NCBI GenBank assembly: GCA_951406725.2
Contig: OX597814.1
Span: 148,056,001 to 148,120,000, forward strand
DNA: 64,000 nucleotides
DNA from: Octopus vulgaris
Taxonomy: Eukaryota
Reading direction: 5' to 3'
Shown: positions 38,709-53,067 of the stretch, piece by piece
Layout: every line of letters begins with the position of its first letter
Position numbering within the stretch: position 1 is the first letter of the stretch
Made by a program: the position numbers and the translations under genes
Notes under the pieces: generated by a model
Seen by the model: only the letters and a program-made list of their open reading frames with translations
Told to the model about the DNA's origin: nothing
The model's database searches: none

Positions 38709-39051
38709 TAATAATAATAATAATAATCCCCAAACAACCAAGTTAATAACAGTATCTCACTCTGTGTGTCACATAGATAGAAAATAGCGGAAATTTGTGC
38801 CAAGTAGAGAGGAGAGAACATTCAGTAGATATTGACGTGTTAAATAATCACTGTTGGATTCTATTTTCATTCGATGCCATCGACCAAAATGTATATAGTA
38901 AGAGAAGAGTTACTTATAGAAACTGAACACAGATTAACACACGTGCCGTTTTCACGTTTGAATAAACAGGTTGATTAATTGTATGTCGTTACTATGTATG
39001 TGTGCATGTGTGCGTGCGTGCGTGTGTGTCTTTGCTTGTGGGCGTCTCTGC

Positions 39052-39126
<75 letters not shown>

Positions 39127-39388
39127 CATAGATAGATGAAGGGATGGCTAAATTAATGGTGGTTATGCTTGCTTATACTCAAGTGGTGTACGAAAATAGA
39201 CATTACACATAGCTAATTTTGAATGATATATAAATGCATATATACGTATTTGTGCATCTATATATGTTTATATGAATTTTACAATGTTACGTTTATACGT
39301 ACATAGGAACGTCTCTCTATATGTCTGTTTGCCTATGTCTCTCTGTCTCTCTCTCTTTTATCTGTATATATACACGTAAATTTGTGCA

Positions 39389-39435
<47 letters not shown>

Positions 39436-41780
39436 GTATATATACATATATACATACACAGACACACACACACGCTCATATATATATATATATGAATCAA
39501 ATATAGTTTGATAGACAGCCAATCAAGTTAGAAAGATAAAGAGATAGCGGAAAACAGATAGAGTAGATACAGCATAGAGGCCAAGTGATAGAGAGATAAA
39601 TTTAACTGCTTGACATCTTGCCAGTGGAGTAGAGAAAAAGACATCTTCATTTGCTAATTGCTTTTGCTGTAGGTTCAATTTAACTGTCCATCATGTATCT
39701 TGCATGGGATTGACTCTACATTGTTGTGAATCATGAATTTGGCAATAACAAGAATGTGACACTGCATACAGACAGTGGTTAACAGTATCTGTACCGGACC
39801 AACGAATGATCCTGTATGTTTGCCTCCCGCGCAAGACACAGGAAGCCAAATTCGCCTTTGAGGATCAATTTACAATCCAAAACAATGTAACTGCATTATT
39901 TGACGTAATGTACATTTGGGTATAACGTTTGAAGTTAAGATGACATTATTATGGTGGGTAAACTTTGATGTCAGGTAAATTTAATAAGAGCTGAACTGGT
40001 GCTACACGGTCACATTAGCAACGATAGGTAGAAAAATATTTTGTATAGATGCTGCCTACGCTTCAATTAAAATTTTTAAAAGTCAATCCTCATATTTCAA
40101 CTCCATTCTTCAGAGAAATTTATACTAATAACAATTGGAATTTGCATAGTCTACTAGGGATGCACAAATGTACCGTTTCGTTTTTATGTGGGGCATGTCT
40201 GTGGCTAATTTTCTCGTATCTTGCAAAGGATCGCTTGTTTTCAGTGATTTAGTCACCGAAGGATGCGCAGACCTATCACCTTATTTAGAACCTTAAACTT
40301 GTGGGAGAAAAAGATGTAATTTACCTAGCACCAGATATCCAGCGTAGATGCTTGCAGCACAGTATGCTGTGCTAAAGACTGAGAACCGTAAGGTACTATT
40401 ACACTATTAAGATGCCACACAAGAAGAGAAACACTTGCTCTGACGGGATTCTATAAGGTATCCCTCCATCAGATATTGTTTAGAATGATGTAAGTTATAA
40501 TTTGCGAAAGAAGACAATTGCCTACGATATCATATAGAGGGATCTTGATCAAAGCAACTTTTTTTAACAGCAGATCAATACTTTTATCCGTTGTTACTGT
40601 TGAGCTGTATGACAGATTTGATCGGCGAACAATCATGAAAACGCTCCCTCCTGTATTAATAACGCACAACGCATCAATAACTAGACTACCTTAGGTATTC
40701 TTTCATTTAAAAGTGAGTTATTTGGGTTTTAGAAGATATTGCTAGCAGGCAAGCGTCTATGCAGTTGCACCCATGCTAGTTTCGCAAGCTGTGTACTTAG
40801 AAAATTGGTATTACTAGCAGCAATACGATTCGTTTATATCCAGTTACAAGCATTATGTTTTGTCTTTGGTTAACACACGTGACGTTGCTATTTAACCACC
40901 ACTGCTGTCATCTAGTTTAACATAATCAACTGGCATCTTGAATGCGTTTAGCGGACCTTGTTCTTTCACATTCATATGAAGTAAGACTCCTCCGTTTCTC
41001 CCACCATAATGAGAGACTCTGAAAGACGCCTTGTGCATTTTCTTATCGCCTAAATGAGAGATAAACAAAAATCGCACAAATATCAAGTGGTTCGAATCTG
41101 ATAAGCAGTATCGTCATCAAACTCATTCCTGTTTTGACTGTATATTTGTAGTAACATTGTGTGAAGGATAATGCATTGTTGTTAAACAGACCCAAAGTCA
41201 AGGACATTCCAACCTAATATTATCTAATGTAAAATTCATTTATGCACTTAAAAAATGCCTTGAGTAATTTGATGGAGATTTGGATTTGTCAACCCAAAAG
41301 AGACTATAGAGATCATTAATATTTAGTTCCATTTACGCATAGGTTGAAGGGAGATGTGGTTGTTGTTTTTATAAAAGTTAGCAAGAGCCTAGAGGCATCG
41401 TTATTTGTAGGCGCCTGTCTTGCCGCCATAAACAAGTTATCTGCTAGGAGAAACGCTGTTGTGATTTATAAGCCGTATGAATTACGCTGATCCATTCACA
41501 GACATATATACAGCTGTACAGCAGTACAACTATAAAACTAAGTTCTGCTCCGTTTGTATGTAATGGATTTGATTGATTGTGAAGGGAAGTGAAGAGCATT
41601 ATATGGGTAAGTGTTCAATGACATCAGGATCCCTGATCCTCAGGTATGATAACTGAGCAAACAGCTATACATACATGAACACACGTACGCACGCGCATAC
41701 ACACACAAATGTGTGTGTATGTATATATACTCTATAAACTGCAGTAATCTTATTAAAAATTGATTTCGTATAGAATTACA

Positions 41781-42068
41781 GTGCTATAAAGCAAAGATTA
41801 TATCAGCAGACGAATCCTATCAGCATCAGTGCTGCGGTGGGACTATTGCATCACGGGATTTCAGCGTGGTTTCACATCGCCAGCAATTGACACCCAAACA
41901 TGCAAAGCCAAAATGCTAGACAAAATCTCGTGAAACCGATTGAGTATAGCATTCAATGTTGGTGTGTTCATTCGTAACAATTAGAAAGCGTGAAATCACG
42001 TGATACAATAGTTCCACCTCCTGTGCAAATATAATTCGTCTGGCGGAATAATCTGCGTTTTTTAGCAC
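41781..42068. mobile_element. Decayed foldback/MITE-like element
   Basis: Inverted arms gtgcta...gattat...cagacgaat...ggtgggactattgcatcacgggatttca / tgaaatcacgtgatacaatagttccacc...attcgtctg...ataatc...tagcac. Confidence 0.65.
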
Positions 42069-42222
42069 CATAAATATATAAGAAGAGATACAGTCTCAAG
42101 AATATGACTGTTCTTCATGGTGTTTTCATAGTACATCCAAGTTAAATATTATTTATACGTCAATATTAGTAAGAAAGTCTGCCTCCGTCGCTGATAACTA
42201 TACGGAAAATAAAAGTACATAT

Positions 42223-42344
<122 letters not shown>

Positions 42345-42419
42345 TTATTTATACGCACAAACACACACACATGCATACATACAATTATATATACATACGT
42401 ATATAGTTACATTTAAAAA

Positions 42420-43080
42420 TATGCAGTGTGTTCGAGATAAATTTGACAGTTTACATCCAAAGTAAAGAAAGCAAAATATCTCGTCTAAAATTGAAAGTAT
42501 TAGATTAATAAAAAAAAGTAGCAACTAGATTATGGCTGGGAGATAACATTTTACTGAAAATAACCCCCGCCAATGTCCACCACGGCCTGAAGACGGCTCC
42601 AGAACCTTACGTATGCGTTTCTCAGTCTGTGCTTCGAAAGATCTTCGAAAACCTCCTTGAACTTGACCGCCAGCTCGGCTTTACTGTAGTAAGAAGAGCA
42701 GCTGCTGTCTTTCTCCGAAACATGGTTATGCAAAGTATTACAGTCGGGGGAATTAGAAGGTTAGAATTTGGGTTTCGTAAAGTCGTAGAAATTCTGCAAT
42801 AACTCGTTCTAACACTTTCTGGAAGTATGGCAAAGAGCCAAATCTGCTACCACATATATCGCCTTCCAGAAGCAAACCTCACCAGCCAGAAATTTACAAC
42901 AGTCATCAGCCGCTTTACATAGATGTCTGAATCGAGTTAAATGCCATTATCAAAGATGTGTGGATGAATTCCAGCGTGTAGATGCAGTCAGTATACATGT
43001 TGTGTTTCTTTTTTGTTGGCCTTAGTCTGGTTGTTTCAATTGCAGATGTCCATGTCACGTCTTACACACTTCACAGTGTT
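42420..43080 (-). pseudogene. Mariner-like transposase relic
   Basis: Minus strand KPKF*PSNSPDCNTL and RFWSRLQAVVDIGGGYFQ* C-terminus. Confidence 0.75.
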
Positions 43081-43419
43081 CAAACTCCATTGAATAGCAG
43101 TCTTTATGTCGATATTTCGATACCCGGCGCAGATTAGTATAATAGTAGTAACTCTTTCCCAGTGTTCAGCTGTCTACTAATTCTCTGTCCCAGCTACATT
43201 TTATCAAACATAAATTTTAATAATTATGCTCTCCAACAAAGTTGACCGTTTAAAATCGCCTTGTTCTCGAAAGAAAAGGAGACAAAACTCGTCAAATTTA
43301 TCACTGTATGTGTGTGAATACTGTATATGTGTGTGAATGTGTGTGTGTCTAGATATGGATATATATAGTTCAATATGCGACCAGTTCAATATGTTCAATA
43401 TGGTTCAATGTGTGTCCAG

Positions 43420-43490
43420 TCCAATAACACTATACTTGTTCCACGTCCTCGCGTTGTGTTTTCTGTTTGTTCATGTTTGGAGTAACTATG
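43420..43490 (+). mobile_element. 3' fragment of pLTR-like family 1
   Basis: tccaataacactatacttgttccacgtcctcgcgttg...catgtttggagtaactat. Confidence 0.75.
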
Positions 43491-43733
43491 TATATATAAC
43501 TATATACATATAATCTGTAAGTGGAGCAGTAAATATATGCAAGATATTTCTTAAATTTAAAATATGACATAGGTTTCGTGATCAATCTACATTCCGTGAA
43601 TGTGGCTTTCTGTCTTTGTAAGAAACCAACTCTTTCCTCAGAGAAAGAATTTAGATAATTAAAAACAGCAAAGAACATCCATCCATCCATCCATCCAGCC
43701 AGCCAGCCAGCCCTCCAGCCAGCCATACATACA

Positions 43734-43767
<34 letters not shown>

Positions 43768-44522
43768 CAAACATACATACCTTGCATATTCTGTTATTAA
43801 TACATTATCATTTAGCCGAAAGTTAGCGAATAAAAAATAGTTACCTCTCCCTCAAGTGACACTAACTAATTATTCAAAAATGACGTATTTGATAATTTAG
43901 TTCCGGTTACACCATGCTCGAGGTGGTCATGAATGTTATAAAGTTATCCGATCAGGACTGATCTTGTGGGGAAAGTAGTAAGAACGATAATTAAACGAAC
44001 TTATGACCAAAGGCTTCTACTGAGTGTTGATTATAGCTGCAAATTTGAGTGCATGCTTTTTAATTTTTGATTTTTATTTGTTTCTGTCATTAGAACGACC
44101 AGAGCAATATCGTCTCCATTCTAATGAATAAAAGACTCTAGTCTAATGACCGAAGGGCTTAGGCGATGAAATCGGTCCCGGTAATTATTTTTAACACTGG
44201 CACTTCTATCTACGCTTATTACCAAACAGATAAAATTGCGAGAAAGTAAGGACAGCGACCCTGATTGCCAAGTGGTCAGAGACAGTCGCTAATATCCACC
44301 CGTAAATACATATATTTACACGTATTGATGATACGATTCTAAAATGTAACATCAACCAAATTTACCTACAAGTCATTATTGGCCTAGGGCTATTGTAAAA
44401 TACCAATGCGCAGTGAAATGTGAGATGGAATACAAATCCAAGTATTTGTAAAGCGAATTTCTTAATAACACAGCGAACGAGTTATATTGCCACCCAATAT
44501 AGTAAATCCTAACATGCCGAAA

Positions 44523-44618
<96 letters not shown>

Positions 44619-44679
44619 TATCATTATTATTATTATCATTATCATTATTATTATTACTACTATAATTATTATTGTTGTT

Positions 44680-45600
44680 GTTATTGCCTTTACACAGCTT
44701 CTAACGGTGGGGATGTATTACAATGTCAGCTGTTCACTACCAGTGAACTAAGGTAACATTTCCTATTTTTCGATCACCTTCCAGAGTATTCCAGCGGTTC
44801 CAAGCATTGCTGTTTTCTGCAAGTGCTCCACCCTGATTGCAGCCCCTATTTGTTCCACGTACGTCTCGAGATTTTTGTTCACTGTTCCAAGGGCTCCGAC
44901 AATTATTGGTACTACTGCTACCTTTTTCATCTAACAAAACTGCTTAAATTCCCAAGCTAACCCGTGATGTCTCTCGACTTTTCTTTCTTCCTTATCGCAA
45001 ACCCTTTTGTCAGCTGGGCATGCTATATCTATGATCCAGCATAGCTTGTTTTCTTTCTCAACTAAGACCATGTTCGGCTTCCTCTTCTCTATTTCATAGT
45101 CGCACTGAATCATAAAATCCCATAGGATCTTTGCATTTCCATTTTCGACGATGCCTTCAGGTTTGTGGTCGTACCAACTTTTTACTCTGTCAAGTCCATA
45201 CTTGCTGCAGAGTGTCCAATGTACAAGCCTGGATATATTGTCCTGGTGTCTCTTATATTCTTTCTGGGCTAGTGGTGTACATTAGCTAGTAATATGCTAT
45301 ACGGTTTCACTGTTTTGTCCACAGATTCTGCACTTATCACTTTCTGATGTCTTTTTCTATTCTGTATCTTATATAGTTTGTTCTTAGTGCTTGCTCGATT
45401 TTAGTCATCCACAGCCATCTTTTTTCTCTGCCTGTCTTATCTTCAACATCCCTATGAAATTGACCATGCATTCATTTCTTTACCCACCTATTTTCAGTTT
45501 TATTTGTTTTCAATTTCTTGTACAGTGCTTTATCTTTGCAATTTTTCATCCTACACAAGCCTGACCTTCTTATTTCTAATAATAACGGTTCTGTGGCATT
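44680..45600 (-). mobile_element. R4/Dong-like LINE, zinc knuckle plus restriction-like endonuclease, in (TAA)n
   Basis: CRICGQNSETV; KILWDFMIQCDYEIEKRKPNMVLVEKENKLCWIIDIACP; VVPIIVGALG; long (TTA)n on both sides. Confidence 0.88.
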
Positions 45601-45616
45601 TAAAAAATTATTATTA

Positions 45617-45706
<90 letters not shown>

Positions 45707-45710
45707 GTTA

Positions 45711-45815
<105 letters not shown>

Positions 45816-48800
45816 TTCTTCTTCATTATTACTATTATTATTACTATTTTATTGTATTTAATTAATTAATTAATTAATTAATTATTTTATTTATTTATTT
45901 AATTATTAATTTATCTATTTGTTATCACACTATCTAATAAGAAAATATATGACGCGACAATCTGAAATTTAAAAATTGTTATAGCTGCCGTTATTTTTGC
46001 TCTTGACAAATGCACTTTACTTTTGGTAGGCTGTTTATTCCAACTAGGCTGTATGTAAATAGCTACAGGGCGTCTGCTATTCATCATTTCAGCATGCAGT
46101 GCAAATCAAAACAACTTGAGCACAGTGCAATACTGATCTCAGATAATCACATCGAATAAGGAAAAAAATGGGTGAACATTTACTATAGTCTTTACCATAA
46201 TCTTTACAGCACAAAATGCATGTAAAGCAGTATGCTGATCATTCCTCATGAAGTAACAATGATGCTATGAAATAATTACATTTTTCAATACAGTAAGCGA
46301 CGCAGCAATGTTGATCCTTTTAAACAAAGCATGTCTATGCATATCACACACTCCTTCCATTAAGGATTTCATACTTTCTTTCCCTTTCTTCCCTGCGTTG
46401 ATACTCTATCATGTGGCTTGTTTCTGTTATTCTGTTTCTCTTCTTACTTCCACTCTGTCGTTTACACTCATTTCCTTTAAGTAATTTATGCCTTTAGGGC
46501 AACACTAATGAAATGGTTTTGCAACTACTAACAACTGTGTCACACTCATCAGTTCTCTAATTAAATAGTTGCTTTAGGTAACAAAACAATACTTGCAGAA
46601 GGACATGTAACTCTGGTTTATCAGTTCAAGAGGTTGACAGCCAGTCTATTTGACCTTTAAGCCTCTACAGCACAAATTAAACCAGTATAATATCAATCAT
46701 CATTATGCTCCTGCTTGCTGTACAGATTCATCGACCCATTCATCTACCAACCAATCAGCATCTTACACGTAACCTATACACCTGCGTATTCCATTCTATT
46801 ACCGAAGATAACAGATGTTATATGAGATCCTTAATAGAGTGCATGCAGATTGATTAAAGTGTACAACAGCTATAACACTGGCTTTGTAAATGCATGAAAT
46901 ATTCTGTGAAATTAGACGGGGTATTGTTAAATATCAGTATCTGAATTTTCATGTTCTCTGTTAGTCAAGAGGAAAGTCAAGTCCACGATCCTTTACAAGG
47001 CTTCCGAGATTTGTATGATGGAGGGAGGGGTGAGGATTCTTGTCGAGGAGGAAACCTGACCCCAGTGCTTACAACAAAGTTCAAGTCCGCTAAAGGTATC
47101 CAAGAAACGAATGGTGTTAAACCAAGTGACACATTCAGTGTATCAACCAACACTCCTCGACATTTTGATTTAGATAAATGAAGGAGGTAACATTGGATAT
47201 TATGCTGTGTATGCTATTGTTGCTGTTGATGTGGTTCATTTTGATTTATAATCTCTGATCAACCTAATGCCTTTGTAGTGATACGCTATGATTAGATGTG
47301 CTCAATGATTTACCCTTCTATTCAAATATTTATTGAAGGAGCATCTTAGGAAGCCGAGCAGAATTGCAGCCAACCACCTGTTAGCTTGTGCAAAGAATGT
47401 AGCTTCGGGAAAATGTAGAAATCATTGTAATAAGGAATCTAAATGCGATACTAAGGTAGCTCTGAATATATTTATTCCTATTCTATTATACTTCCGAAGT
47501 AGGCATTTACTGATACGTGCTTCAGAAGACAAAAAATACAGGTGTGTTTTCTAGAATTAAGACATGGACTCCATTCCCTACATTATGTTTATTATCTCTG
47601 TCGACGAAGCATATTCCTGACACGCAGCATATTAAAATGAGACTATCAATAATGACAGAACGCGTGCTTAAGGCCAAGGTGAATTAATAATAGCCACTTA
47701 GGGATAGATCCAAAACCAAAGAGCATGGAAAGATATACATCGATCACGGGACAGCAATTTTCCTATCTTAACTTTTTGACAAATTCTAAAACTGTTTCTG
47801 ACGTATTACATTTAGAACTGCATTTCTCGCATTATAATTCACAAGAGCAAATTCGAAACTTGTATCAAATACCAAACTTCTTTTCATTGGTTTCAATAAT
47901 TGGAACAGGTCACAATAGTTATGGTCATTGACACCATAATATTGCCCTATATCCATTATATATACTCGTGGTTACTTACGGTTGTTATGTAATCTCTGAA
48001 GATTTGATTACATAATTTATTTATAAAGTCTTCCTTATATAACTGAAATTGTTATATTGAATGAATCACGTGTAAGATGATGATGTAACTAAATAATGCA
48101 AGAACATTCATGTTTTGTCTTCTCTTACTTCCTCTCTCACTCTCTCAGCTCTTTCTTCTCTCTCTTTACTCTCTCTCACTCTCTATTCACTCTCTCTACT
48201 CTCTCTATATATATACTCTCTCTCTTTCTCTTGCTCTCCACTAACAATAAATCCATGCATATGTAACTGCAAACATACACGAATAGGCTACGCAGGCTGA
48301 AACTTCGAAGTCCATGTCAGCATTATTCTTATTAACGTAAAATAACTATACTCTAAAGAAGCATTGTGTAATCCTTGGGTTTAATACATAATTATTTTTA
48401 CATTATAACTCTACACAAAGGCTAACATTAATTTGTGTGTGTCTATGTGTGCGTGAATGTGCGTGCGTATGTGTGTGTGTGCATGTGTGTGTATGTGTTG
48501 ATATTATGAAGAGGTTTAGAATATACAGATATTACGTAAAGTATACCCTTGGTACAGAGAATGTTACTATATTATCAGAAACGTTTTACATATTGAACAC
48601 ACAGCACAAAATGTATTTCGTTTCCTAGCAATTTAGAGAATTGTTCTTTATACAATAAAACAATCAATAAAAATATCAAGTCAGTTGAGAGATCCACAAA
48701 AATGTTTTACTCTATTTCATAATATCTATGAGAGGCTGTCAAATGAAGAGTGCAGTATATTGTTCATATTACAGCGCTGCCAGCTAAAGGATGTAATTTT

Positions 48801-49276
48801 CTGATTTGTTGTTTTTGTTGAGATGACGAAGCACTCTCTGTTTGGTCATTGAAATGGCTAGGTACTCACAGCAGCTGCGCATTCAATGTAGACAGATTAT
48901 ATAATTTAAATAACACTTGAAAATTCAATGTATATAGATTTTTACAATGTAGTCTTCTATTGCAATGTAGACAGCTTTAACACAGCAAAGAACTCATGCA
49001 TTGCAGACGGCTGGAATAATATAGACATATCATAGAATATTGATTTATAGCATTGGTACAAGCCACACATACTCAAGGAGTGGTGTGGGCAATTAAACAG
49101 ATTCCAGTTCAAATGAATGTATGGTTGAATATGCTTATATATATGTGGGCGTATACAAGTATATATACACGTATATACAGATTAATTTTTACAGATATGT
49201 TTGTGTGTACGTATATATGTGAGCGTGTATGGGTGTGTTTACGTATGTATGTATCTATTTATGTGTATATACATAC

Positions 49277-49335
<59 letters not shown>

Positions 49336-49439
49336 TACATATATATATATACACACACACAGGCACACACGCATATATATGTGATGGGTAAATTGTCGCC
49401 ATTTAATATCTCTAAATTTGCGCATGCGCATTCTTCGAT

Positions 49440-49655
49440 TCTTTTACTTCATACAATTATTTGACTGCAGCCATGCTAGAGCACCGTCTTTAGTAAAAAA
49501 GTTGACCCCCGGGACTTATTCTTTGTAAGCCTTATTGCATCGGGTCTTTTGCCGAACCGCTAAACACACCAACATCGATTGTCAAGCGATGGTAGGACAA
49601 ACACAGACACACACTCAGATACATCCACACACAAACACTCATACACACGCATACA

Positions 49656-49710
<55 letters not shown>

Positions 49711-49862
49711 GACGGATTTCTCTCAGTTTCTGTCTACCACTCACAAGGTTTTGGTCAGTCCGAGGCTATAGTAGAAAACATTTGCTCAAGGTGCCACGCA
49801 GTGGAACTGAACGCGGAACCATGAGGTTGGAAAGAAACCTCTTACCTCACAGCCACGCTGCG
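49440..49862 (-). mobile_element. SINE family A inserted in the mariner 5' region
   Basis: Family A body and head in reverse. Confidence 0.88.
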
Positions 49863-50917
49863 CCATTGTTTGTTTTCGATTTTGTTGACTGCATAGTATT
49901 GTATGCTCAGTTAGGCACCATCTGTGAGAGAACTAGCTCCATGACTCAATTCAGTCTGCCAGAAATTTGGAAACGACAGGCTGTATTGCTTGACATTCGC
50001 TGTTTCGCTGTCAATCAGAGGACACTGCAGATGATTCGTAAAACGTTGGATGAGTCTAATGGTGATTACGAAGGTACGGCAGCTCCGAAAACACACTCTG
50101 GTCGTTCTGATAAGAAAAGAACCCTTGAATTTGTTAGTGACATGCAGGCCATGAATACGATCCCTCCAAGTCAATCGCGTCCATCTGCCACGGACATGGG
50201 AGTGTCTGACTTTATTGTCAGGCAGCTTATGCATGAAGATATTCAGTATTTCTCATTCAAGATGAGAAAGGGACAATTTTTATTTCAAGCTATCAAGGAC
50301 AAGAGGAAAGACTGCACAACGAAGCTTTTGAACAAACTCAAGCATCCAAGCTCCAAAATCCAACCGAACATTCTTTGATTTTACTCACACAAGAAATATT
50401 TCGGCCAGGATCAGATGGTGAACACACAGAATCACCATTGGCGTGTCCTGTCGCCAAAACATGTGCCAAGAATGATAAAAATCAAGCATCCAGTCAATAT
50501 CATAATGTTGGAGTGATCACTAGTGATGGCGACGTTATGCCTCCATTCATCTTCCCACAAGTCCTCAGACTCAACACGGAGGCCTTCCTCAAGTTCCCAG
50601 AGGAGGTAGTACTACTGGGACAAGTGGGTGGATATTGGACTATGCCACACAAACAGGAGAATACAATCATGGCCATCAGACAATATTTGCGATCACATCC
50701 GCCTAACTCCCCAGACTGCAACCCTTTTGAATATTATGTGTTGGGTACCGTTGGGGGAGAGACCAACAAAAAACTTTGTAACACAAAAGATGAACTGAAG
50801 GTAAGGATTATGGCAGCATTCACCAAATATAAACATGAAAATCGCCCACAAAATTTACAGAAAATTTCGAAGTCGTTTGGAGGCCATAGTTACAGCTAAT
50901 GGCGATTTTATTGAATA

Positions 50918-51309
50918 CTAGCAGTATCGCCCGGCGTTGCTCGGGTTTGTAAGGGAAATAATTATATAAGCATTTTTAGAGATGTAAAGTATAATAGCCA
51001 TCTCAATATGGCTAACCACAAAGGGGGGGGTGTTACTGTAGCTTTTTACGTTCTGAGATTTAATAATAAATTTTAGAGTGTTACTTCCCTTATATATGTC
51101 AAAAATGGATTAAAAATGGGAAAAATTGATGGTAAATCTTTTTAAAATCGTAGACTCATCGTAGACGCGCGCTAATACCCAGACGGTCTCGATATGAATC
51201 ACGACTATAAGATACCTGGTTTGGGTTAAACAGCACCGCAAAATGTGGGAGTAGTTAGGAATCTAAATCGTAGGAGACAGACACACAACCTCACTTTTAT
51301 ATATAAAGA
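50918..51309 (-). mobile_element. Short Helitron module H supplying the composite's 3' end
   Basis: TCTTTATATATAAAAG 5' end, subterminal hairpin, CTAG. Confidence 0.88.
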
Positions 51310-51371
51310 TTTCCTCTATTTACATAATATTGAGGTCTCTTTCTTTCTTTTGTTATCTTACTGTTTTTACG

Positions 51372-51427
<56 letters not shown>

Positions 51428-51632
51428 CAGAGATGTACTTGCATAGCAAGTGACTTGATCAGAGATCGTGTGCTGGAACGAAAACAGTTGCAGCGTTGAA
51501 GGTGTTTATAAGCCATTTAAGAAACACACAAAAACCGTTAGATTCACTTCAACATTTAAATTTAATTTGTCAAAATATTTTCATCGCTTTGAGACCGCGA
51601 CCTGTTAGCACGATATTTTTGTCAGTGAACAA

Positions 51633-51885
51633 AAGGTGTGATTTGGGGGAAATTTGGCTGCTATTTCTACCAGGTCTAGCTGCCATGTAGGGGTCTCCCT
51701 CATAGGCTCATACATACATATATACATAGATAAGACAGTAAGGTGTGATTTGGGGGAAATTTGGCTGCTATTTCTACCAGCTCTAGCTACCATGTAGAGG
51801 TCCCCCTCATTGGCTCATATATATATACATACATAAGACAGTAAGGTGTGATTTGAGGGAGATTTGGCTGCTGTTTCTACCAGGT
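51633..51885 (+). repeat. ~105-bp tandem repeat x2.4 (inverted copies at 53069-53285)
   Basis: aaggtgtgatttg... starts at 51633, 51740 and 51843. Confidence 0.9.
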
Positions 51886-51954
51886 CTGTTAGGCCTTCTC
51901 ATGTAAACTCAAGCTTTCTCATGCCTTGAACATAAGACCAAAGCAGAGAATGTA

Positions 51955-52170
51955 TTCTTTTATTCTTCTGCTTTTTCCAGCCATTGGTCTGTGGCCATGC
52001 TGGGGCAATGCCTTGAAGAATTGTAGTTTAATGAATCAACTCGTTTTATTTTTGTAAGCATTGTACTTATTCTATCTGTTTCCTTTGTCAAACCACTAGG
52101 TGACAGGGATGTAAACAAACCAACATTCGTTGTCAAGCAGTGGTGGAGGACAATCACAAGCACAGACACG
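51955..52170 (-). mobile_element. SINE family A 3' half within the composite Helitron
   Basis: gtggccatgctggggca...gtacttattctatc...gttgtcaagcagtggtggaggaca. Confidence 0.75.
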
Positions 52171-52328
52171 CACACACACACACATACATGCATACACATA
52201 TACACACATACATACATACATACATATATATATATGTGTGTATATATATATTGCAGCGTGGAAGGTGTTTGTAAGCCATTTAAGAAACACACAAAAACCG
52301 TTACATTCACTTCAAAATTTAAATTTAA

Positions 52329-52379
52329 TTTGCCAAAATATTTTCGTCGCTTTGAGACCGCGACCTGTTCACTGACAAA
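52329..52379 (-). ncRNA. Minimal type I hammerhead ribozyme with G3:C8 core (putative; pLTR-like family 4)
   Basis: Minus strand tttgtca-GTGAACA-g-gtcgc-ggtctcaaa-gcgac-GAA-AATATT-T-tggcaaa. Confidence 0.7.
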
Positions 52380-52672
52380 AATATCGTGCTAACAGGTCGC
52401 GGTCTCAAAGCGATGAAAATATTTTGACAAATTAAATTTAAATGTTGAAGTGAATCTAACGTTTTTGTGTGTTTCTTAAATGGCTTATAAACACCTTCAA
52501 CGCTGCAACTGTTTTCGTTCCAGCACACGATCTCAGATCAAGTCACTTGCTATGCAAGTACATCTCTGTAACTATATATATATTTATATATATATATAAA
52601 TATGTATATAGGTAAAAACAGTAAGATAACAAAAGAAAGAAAGAGACCTCAATATTATGTAAATAGAGGAAA

Positions 52673-53067
52673 TCTTTATATATAAAAGTGAGGTTGTGTG
52701 TCTGTCTCCTACGATTTAGATTCCTAACTACTCCCACATTTTGCAGTGCTGTTTAACCCAAACCGGGTATCTTATAGTCGTGATTCATATCGAGACCGTC
52801 TGGGTATTAGCGCGCGTCTACGATGAGTCTACGATTTAAAAAAAAATTTACCATCAATTTTTCCCATTTTTAATCCATTTTTGACATATATAAGGGAAGT
52901 AACTCTCTAAAATTTATTATTAAATCTCAGAACGTAAAAAGCTACAGTAACACCCCTCCCCCTTTGTGGTTAGCCATATTGAGATGGCTATTATACTTTA
53001 CATCTCTAAAAATGCTTATATAATTATTTCCCTTACAAACCCGAGCAACGCCGGGCGATACTGCTAG
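52673..53067 (+). mobile_element. Short Helitron module H, second (inverted) copy
   Basis: A|TCTTTATATATAAAAGTGAGG ... cccgagcaacgccgggcgatactgCTAG|T. Confidence 0.9.
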
